A stretch of 64,000 nucleotides of DNA from Octopus vulgaris (lineage: Eukaryota): positions 15,066,001 through 15,130,000 of the forward strand of contig OX597829.1 in NCBI GenBank assembly GCA_951406725.2. Reading direction: 5' to 3'. Below the pieces are notes generated by a model, which worked only from the letters and a program-made list of their open reading frames with translations, did no database searches and was not told where the DNA came from. The stretch's first letter is position 1. Every line of letters begins with the position of its first letter. A program made the position numbers and the translations under genes. This document shows positions 56,076 to 64,000 of the stretch, in pieces.

Positions 56076-56238
56076 GACTGGTTTCATTCAGTTTCCGTCT
56101 ACGAAATCCACTCAGAAGGATTTGGTCGGCCCGAGACTATAGTAGAAGACGCCTGCCCAGAGTGCCATGCAGTGGAACTGAACTAGGGAACCATGTGTCA
56201 GTGAAGCAAGCTTCTTACCACACATCCACTCCTGTGCC
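56075..56238 (-). mobile_element. SINE family B, 5' half
   Basis: cagtttccgtctac..gtagaagac..gcagtggaactgaac..cttaccacac..actcctgtgcc. Confidence 0.85.
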
Positions 56239-57019
56239 TATATATATTTATATTTATATGCGTACATGTATGCATATGTGCATGATTGTATAATAGTCGC
56301 TCGTCCTTGTGCTTATACATAAATATACATTTACGCTCCACATATTCTGGTATTGAAAAAGAAAAAAATATGAATATATAGATATGATATAAGCATTACA
56401 CATATATAGACCTTCATATGCACGCATGTTCACTTATCAGTTTTCTAATTTTACTACCTGGAATACCGAAATATGCTGAAAACAATAGGAATATGTACGT
56501 CCATAAATGTATACCAGTATACATATAGACACCCACTACCATCATATATATATATATATATATGTTTGTGTGTGTGCGTGTGTGCGTGTATACATATATA
56601 TGTGAGCGGTTGTATATCATTTCGGATGATTTGATATTGTAATCTATGTAGAAATGTTTTTGTTGCGTAACGGATTTTAGCATTATTATTAAGGAAACGC
56701 TTGTAAGATGACGTAAATAAATAATTTAAGAATAAACTCACCTGCTTGTTTTTTCATTCTAAGTGTACTTTGTGATCCCTCTAACTATAAAGACAAACGA
56801 AAGGAAACCTGGAATTACAATAAGAATTCTCATAGTTTTCTCGTTTTATGTACAAGAATGCATGTGGAGATCTACGTATTGGCTACATGTCATGCAATTT
56901 AGATTGAAATCGGGCTGTATACTCACACACAAAAACCACACACATATAAGTATATACATGCATATATACATACATGTGTTTTTGTATATGCATGTATGCG
57001 TGTGTATGTATATATGTAA

Positions 57020-57089
<70 letters not shown>

Positions 57090-57544
57090 TTGGACTATCT
57101 TATAAAACAACTCTCTGACGAAGCCTGTATTTTTATATATGCATATATTAACCCTATGAAGTGTATTTGCTGTACATTAGCACATACACTTCATACACAA
57201 ACACCACACACACATACACATATATATATAGATGTATATGTGTATGTGTATGTATATATGTATATATGTACGTATGTATGTATGTATGTATGTATGTATG
57301 TATGTATGTATGTATGTATATACACGCGCGCGTGTGTGTTAGAATACAGTAGATAGGGCGAAGTATTGTACGATATTCTATTAGATAAAAACGTGTTGTA
57401 GGCTGAAACAATGCGAAACGAAACAGGAATGTGAAACAACAAAATCGACGACTGAAGTTCTGGCTTCTATTACAAAATAAATTCAAACTAAAGCCTACAT
57501 TTCGTATTGCATTGTTTCGGCCTCATCGACTTTTTATTTAATAT

Positions 57545-57723
57545 ACATACAAACATTCATACATACAAACATACATACACACACACATACATACATACAT
57601 ACATACACACATACATACATACATACAAACATACATACATACATACATACAAACATACATACATACATACAAACATACATACATACATACAAACGAACAT
57701 ACATACATACAAACATACAAACA

Positions 57724-57757
<34 letters not shown>

Positions 57758-57944
57758 CATACATACATACATACATACATACATACATACATACATACAA
57801 ACACACACACATACATACATACATACATTCATACATACATACAAACAAACAAACATACATACATTCATACATACATACATACATACATACAAACATACAT
57901 ACATACATACATACATACATACATACATACATACATACATACAT
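57545..57944. repeat. (ATAC/AAAC)n microsatellite
   Basis: Direct reading. Confidence 0.95.
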
Positions 57945-57969
57945 TTATGTGTATGTGCAAGTTCTTATG

Positions 57970-58520
57970 TACATGGTGATTGGAAAGTAACTCCCTATTT
58001 TAAAATGCTTATAACTTACTTATTAACTATAATTATTTTCTCAAATTTGTTGTGTATGTTCTTTGATATACGGGAATTGATTCTATGCTGTTGTTTTTTT
58101 TCAGATTGATTATTTTGTTTGAAATTTAAAAGCCCTACAAACATGGCTGGATGTTTTACTGTGCAGGAGCGTGCCCAGCTAGCTGCACATTACGAAGTTT
58201 ATAGATCAGTTGTTCAAGTGCAAAGATGGTGGAGGACCATTAGAGGAAGACATGCTCAAGTTGATGCAAAGATAATCAAGAATTGCCATGCAAAATTCAC
58301 GACTACAGGATTTGTAGCTGATACTTGAAGTGGTCGCCCTTCCAATTCATCAAGGTCCGCATGACTGGCTGTCCAGAAGCCCTGATTTAACACCCTGCGA
58401 CTGTTTTCTTTGGGGTTGTTTAAAGGAGAAAGTCTTCTCTATCAAACCAATGACTTTGGAAGAACTTGAAGGGTGAATACGAGAAGTTAGGTCTTGCATT
58501 CCACAAGACTTCCTGGTGGT
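57970..58520 (+). mobile_element. Internally deleted Tc1/mariner-superfamily element
   Basis: TA-CATGGTGATTGGAAAGTAACTC terminus; N-terminal FTVQERA..SVVQVQR..KFTTTG..SGRP fused to C-terminal WLSRSPDLTPCDCFLWGCLKEKV. Confidence 0.85.
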
Positions 58521-58773
58521 GCGTTGCTTTCTTGAGCAAAACACTTCATCTCACGTTTCTCTGCGATCACTTCAACACATGACGCGTTGTACAACTGGGT
58601 GCACCTGTGGAGGCATCGTCGATTTGATGGAGAGAGAGTCAGCTAATGTACAGCACATACATTTCATCAACATAAACAAATCATTAGAGCAGGTCGTTCG
58701 ACAGAAAGCTGAACGCTCATACATCGTCTTCGACGAGAGAGTCCATCATTTATATAAATATATCTGTCTGTAA

Positions 58774-58985
58774 GGCGGGCTGCTGGCAGAAACGTTAGCA
58801 TGCCGAGCGAAATGCATAGCCGTATTTCGTCGGACGTTACGTTCTGAGTTCAAATTCCGCCGAGGTCGACTTTGCTTTTCATCCTTTCGGGGTCAATAAA
58901 TTAAGAACCAGTTGAGTACTGAGGTCGATCTAATCGACTAGCCCTCTCCCCCACAATTTCGGGCCGTATGCTTAGAGTTGAAAAA
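58774..58985 (+). mobile_element. SINE family A with an alternative 3' tail
   Basis: Same head and central domain as 421 and 21954, then gccctctcccccacaatttcgggcc..agagttgaaaaa. Confidence 0.88.
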
Positions 58986-58996
58986 CATTTATGTGC

Positions 58997-59032
<36 letters not shown>

Positions 59033-59340
59033 TCACTGTGATCACTGTGACCGACCAGGCTATAAGATGTTGCTAGACATCGCTGATCACAGTGCGCTTC
59101 GCATTGTTTTAGCCTTCAAATGACGCCACCCCGCTGGCTAAGTGAGCAAGCCACCAGAAGAAAGAGTGAGAGAAAATTCTGCCGAAAGAGTACATCAGGG
59201 ATCGCCACAACCCCCTGCCGGAGCCTCGTGGAGATTTAGGTGTTTCCGCTCAATTAACATTGACAACGGTCTGGGAATTAAAACCGCGATCCTACGACCG
59301 CGAGTCCGCTGGCCGAACCACTGGGCCATTGCGCCTCCAC
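59033..59340 (-). mobile_element. SINE family C (tail type 2)
   Basis: Head and body match 40805-40982; the tail 59033-59155 is unrelated to the other copy's tail. Confidence 0.85.
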
Positions 59341-59376
59341 ATATATGCATACATACATACATACATACATGCATAC

Positions 59377-59449
<73 letters not shown>

Positions 59450-59493
59450 TAGATAGATAGATAGATAGATATAGATATATATATATATGTGAT

Positions 59494-59665
59494 AGATCGG
59501 TAACCACTACCCCTTTTTTCTCTCCTTGTTTCTTTCTGTGTTCCTTTCTGTGGAAGAGCGTAGGCTCAAAACGTTAAAGACTTTTTCAATTCCCGAGCGT
59601 TATACTAATACATCAGTTTGCTTTCTACAGCACCACCTGTCTTTTTTTTTTTTTTCGTAAACTTT

Positions 59666-59670
<5 letters not shown>
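59494..59670 (+). mobile_element. Second copy of the 36790 element, HHR core mutated
   Basis: cttt-CTGTGGA-a-gagcgtaggctc-AAAAC-GTT-aaag. Confidence 0.8.
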
Positions 59671-59728
<58 letters not shown>

Positions 59729-60039
59729 TTACATATGTTAAAAATATTTGAATTTCTTTTCAAAATTTCGATTAGAAATCGTGTTAAAACCGGTTGTTCA
59801 CTGGTTGGTTTTGGAAATTGGCAGCTACGTGTTGGATGTCACTTGTAGTTTGAGGTGTATGGTCCTCTTAAAGGAGAGTTTGCGTGCGGGTGCGTAATAT
59901 TTATATGTGTGCGTGTGTGGATTTGTGTGTGTGTGTGTGTGTGTGCGTGTATGTGTCATGCGTGTATTTGAATGTATTTCTTATCTTATAAGTATTACAG
60001 TCGTTAGACTTTGTGCCTACAATAATTCTTAGACGAACG

Positions 60040-60362
60040 AATTTGACCCAGTGCCTAGCTTTTTAAGACTGGTATTTATTCTATAGCTCCTTCACTGAAC
60101 TACTAAGTTACAAGGACGTAAACATACCAACACTGGTTTTCAAGCGATGATATATACAGACACAAAGACACACGCACACACACACATATGTATATACTTC
60201 TTTCAGTCTCCGTCTACCAAATCCACTCACAATGTTTGGTCGGCCCTAAGCTAGAGCTTGCTGAATATGCAAAGACACTTTACCAATGTGCCAAGCGGTG
60301 GGATTGAACCCGAAGCTATGTGGTTTGGAAGCAAAATCGTTACCACATAGTCACGCCTGCGC
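60040..60362 (-). mobile_element. Diverged SINE family B
   Basis: Collinear similarity to family B. Confidence 0.8.
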
Positions 60363-61639
60363 TTGTATGCATACAATATGCAGGTGAACTTATACGTACT
60401 CGTCTGTATGCCTGTGTGTGTGTATACATATATATTCGTGTGCATGTCTGCGTAAAAATATAAATGTATCTATTATATAAGGCGAATGTATGTGGTTATG
60501 CATGTGTGTTTAGTCCAGAAGAGCATTGGAAAGGTGCACTTCGACAAAAACGAATTTGATTTTCGAAAATCTGCGACCCAAACAGAAGGTCGTCCGTAAA
60601 TAATAAAATTATATAAATTTTTACGCGAGATGACTTTTAGATCGACAAATCACCGACTATCATCATCAATCTCCCCTCTCTTTCTCTCTCTCTCTCTCTC
60701 TATTAGTTAGCACACTCTTTGTCTCTCTATCTCACTATGTTTCTGTCTGTCTGTCTCTCTGTCTCTCTCTCCCCCTCTCTCTCCATCCCCCTCTCTCTCT
60801 CTGTTAGTTACCACAGTCTTTGTCTGTATCTATTTATTACCTCCAACTCATTGCTTTCATTTTGTTGAAAACGTCGTCTTCAACCTGTTTACTTTCATTT
60901 TAAGACAGACATTACGCACAAATCCTGTTTTGTGATTGAGTAAAACTGATCAAACTGTCTTTAAACCTCCGATATATTTTTCTAAAACTCTTTTGGAATA
61001 AATGAATCATAAACTCAAATACAGCGTATTAAAGTGCATCAATACGAAAATTTTCACTCAATTTTAAAATTTCAAAATCCGTGACAGCAACAGAAAAACA
61101 TCTCTCTTTCATTTTACGCTTTTCATATGGTAAACTTTTCCCCTCTCTCTATATGTATATCTATCACAATCTCTCCCACTCTCTATAAAAGTATGTAGCT
61201 TACGCTGAGTGTATGTAGGGGGTGTATGTATCAGTATGTGTCTATGCATGTATGTAAAGAATTTCATTGGGGAGACAGGGTGATTTTAAACAAAGGTATG
61301 TAAAGGATAATTTATTTTAATAGCATATTTTTCTGTTAGTAAATATGTTCTTTCTTACGCAAGTACACACACAACATACACATAGACACACACTGAAACA
61401 CAGGCACGCACACACATGTGCCCGCGTACACTGACACGGGCTCGCTTGATGCGGGGTGGGCTTTAGAAATTGTATTACAAATTTTTGTTGTTTTAAATTC
61501 CATATATGAATCACCGTATCATCATTCCATAAAGTGCGTTGATGGGGAAAATTTTTAAATAACATCAATACATGTACAAAGAAGCGAAGAAGATACTAGT
61601 TGGTCATGGGATGAGCTAGAAACAACACACCATTTTGTC

Positions 61640-61977
61640 TACTCTTTTACTCTTTTATTTGTTTCAGTCATTTGACTGTGGCCATGCTAGAGCACCGCCT
61701 TTAATCGAGCAAATCGACCCCAGGAAGCCTAGTACTTATTTTATCGGTTTCTTTTGCCGAACCGCTAAGTTACGGGGACGTAAACACACCACCATCGATT
61801 GTCAAGCGATGGTTGGGGGACAAACACAGACACAAACATATACACACACATACATATATATATATACATATATACGACGGGCTTCTTTCAGTTTCCGCCT
61901 ACAAAATCCACTCACAAGGATTTGGGTAGAAGACACTTGCCCAAGGTGCTACTTACCATACAGCCACTTCTGCGCCT
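61640..61977 (-). mobile_element. SINE family B with internal deletions
   Basis: Tail, body and head all recognisable. Confidence 0.88.
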
Positions 61978-62519
61978 ATGTCTGAAAATTATTTTGAAAT
62001 AAAATCAGAAACAAATTGCAGATACGGACTATCCGTATCTAAAATATATGATTAAAAAAATTCGAAAAATTCGAAAAGAGGCTAAAATTTTAGAATTTAT
62101 TTGTGGGCGGAATAAATGAAAAATTTTATTTTTTAAATTTCACTATTGTTTTTTAAATTACGTTTCATTTTCTGCTTTAAAATAAAGGAAACGCAATTTT
62201 AATGATAATCACCGATTTCCCAACTTGTTTTTCAACTTAAAGGCGTGTTCCATTGTTTTTAAATGCATAGTGCAAAAAACGAAATCGGTCTCGAAGTGGA
62301 GAGGAGGGACTCATAAATTTTCAAATTAGTTTTTCCTTAAAAGCTTCTCCCCATATTTTTCAAGAGCGTAGCGAAAAAAAATTTGAAAATTTCCCGGTCA
62401 AAACGGAGAAAATCAAATTTATGTAGGTGTGCTATTTTGAAAGTCCGCCAAGGGATTCTCTTGTGAAAATTACACAGCAGAAACAGGATACTCAGCCAGT
62501 ATATATATATATATATATA

Positions 62520-62623
<104 letters not shown>

Positions 62624-63150
62624 CATACACACACACATATACATATATATATATATATATTAGGCTTATAGGCCCTCTTTATTTGTTTTCCTGTCCTGTT
62701 TCTATTCCTTTTGTACTGTATTTCTTGTAATTGTATTTTTATTTTGTATTTGTTTTTAATTGTATTGTTTTTACGTCCTGTTTTTGTCACATTTTTTTCC
62801 CTTGTTTTTACCCCTCTGCAAAGGAATTTTATTCAATTCTTTCGCAGGAAGGACTAGTTCGACGAAACGTGTTCTGTCCTCACCTTCGAAATACGCTGGA
62901 GCTGAACTAGGGACAGCTGATGTAGGGGATTTTTCCTTGTGTAGTTGTCTTGTACTCTGTTTTTTCGTTGTTAAAAAAATGGCCCGTTCCATGCTGTTTT
63001 TACGTTTTCGTTTCTCGTTGAGTTCTACGTCTATTTGTGGTGTCCTGTACACACGTATATATATTTATATATACATGTATATATACATGTAGATGTAGGT
63101 ACGTACATATATGTTTGTATGTATGCATATATTTTATTTATTACACTATA

Positions 63151-63203
<53 letters not shown>

Positions 63204-63299
63204 ATAAATAGAAAGATAGATATTTTTTATATTTAATACATACACACACATACATATGTTTTACGATACAAATATGATAATACTTCTCGACCACAGAAT

Positions 63300-63437
63300 T
63301 GCCGTTAGAACAGCAAAAGTACTGGGTAAGTTACTGTTAGACAGCGGAAACATTTTTCAGCAAACAGCCATGAATCTGGAACCCACCTCTCCAAGGCACC
63401 CAGTGAGTGCTTTACCATTAGGCTAAACTGCCCACTG
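63300..63437 (-). mobile_element. Possible fourth tRNA-derived SINE head
   Basis: GGGCAGTTTAGCCTAATGGTAAAGCAC (A-box-like) and GTGGGTTCCAGATTC (B-box-like). Confidence 0.45.
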
Positions 63438-63523
63438 ACTAATTATTGTTTGTATCGTAAAATACAAATCAGGACGCTTATGAAAAGAAAAACTAAAACT
63501 AGTCTATTTATGTTCATATACAA

Positions 63524-63694
63524 GGCGTAGGAGTGGCTGTGTTGTATGTAGCTTGCTTACAAACCACATGGTTCCAGGTTCAGTCCCACTGCGTAGCACC
63601 TTGGGCAAGTGTCTTCTACTATAGCCTCGGGCCGACCAAAGCCTTGTGAGTGGATTTTGTAGACGGAAACTGAAAGAAGCCCGTTGTATATATG

Positions 63695-63743
<49 letters not shown>

Positions 63744-63965
63744 GTGTGTATATGTTTGTGTGTCTATGTTTGTCCCCCCAACATCGCTTAACAACCGATG
63801 CTGGTGTGTTTACGTCCCCGTAACTTAGCGGTTCGGCAAAAGAGACCGATAGAATAAGTACTACGCTTACAAGGAATAAGTCCTGGGGTCGATTTGCTCG
63901 ACCAAAGGTGGTGCTCCAGCATGGCCACAGCCACAAGACTGAAACGAGTAAAAGTGTAAAAGAGT
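63524..63965 (+). mobile_element. Full-length SINE family B
   Basis: As for the 30223 copy. Confidence 0.93.
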
Positions 63966-64000
63966 AAACGAGTAAGTAGTTACATATAGTGATGAAGATG

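Noticed and set aside
62660-63052. 93-aa minus-strand ORF and a possible HHR in a TA-flanked insert
   Set aside because: No protein motif recognised and no consistent hammerhead fold; probably an unclassified repeat.

Overview
Eukaryotic, AT-rich, intergenic or intronic-looking DNA with no confident host gene. The microsatellite density and SINE repertoire suggest a coleoid cephalopod, probably Octopus (inference, not a search result). Nearly all ORFs in the track are artefacts of (TA)n, (CA)n, (ATAC)n, (TATC)n and (ATT)n repeats. The real content is transposon debris: three to four tRNA-derived SINE families, RTE LINE 3' ends, a decayed Helitron plus a non-autonomous one, Tc1/mariner remnants and MITEs, an ORF1-only (CCHC knuckle) L1/Tx1-like element inside a SINE, and several Penelope-like element (PLE) RT and GIY-YIG fragments. 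The most striking hidden signal is about a dozen type-I hammerhead ribozyme (HHR) motifs (CUGANGA-stem II-GAAAC-short, often palindromic stem III-GUH) from several sequence families. Five short non-coding elements share one fold-back design: two inverted arms with outward-reading HHR motifs and an extra 3' tail on one arm, mostly set in or beside microsatellites. One of them has a tRNA-like Pol III head. A separate HHR sits at the junction of a ~360-bp retrozyme-like tandem unit. All alignments and folds were done by eye, so boundaries are approximate to a few bases.
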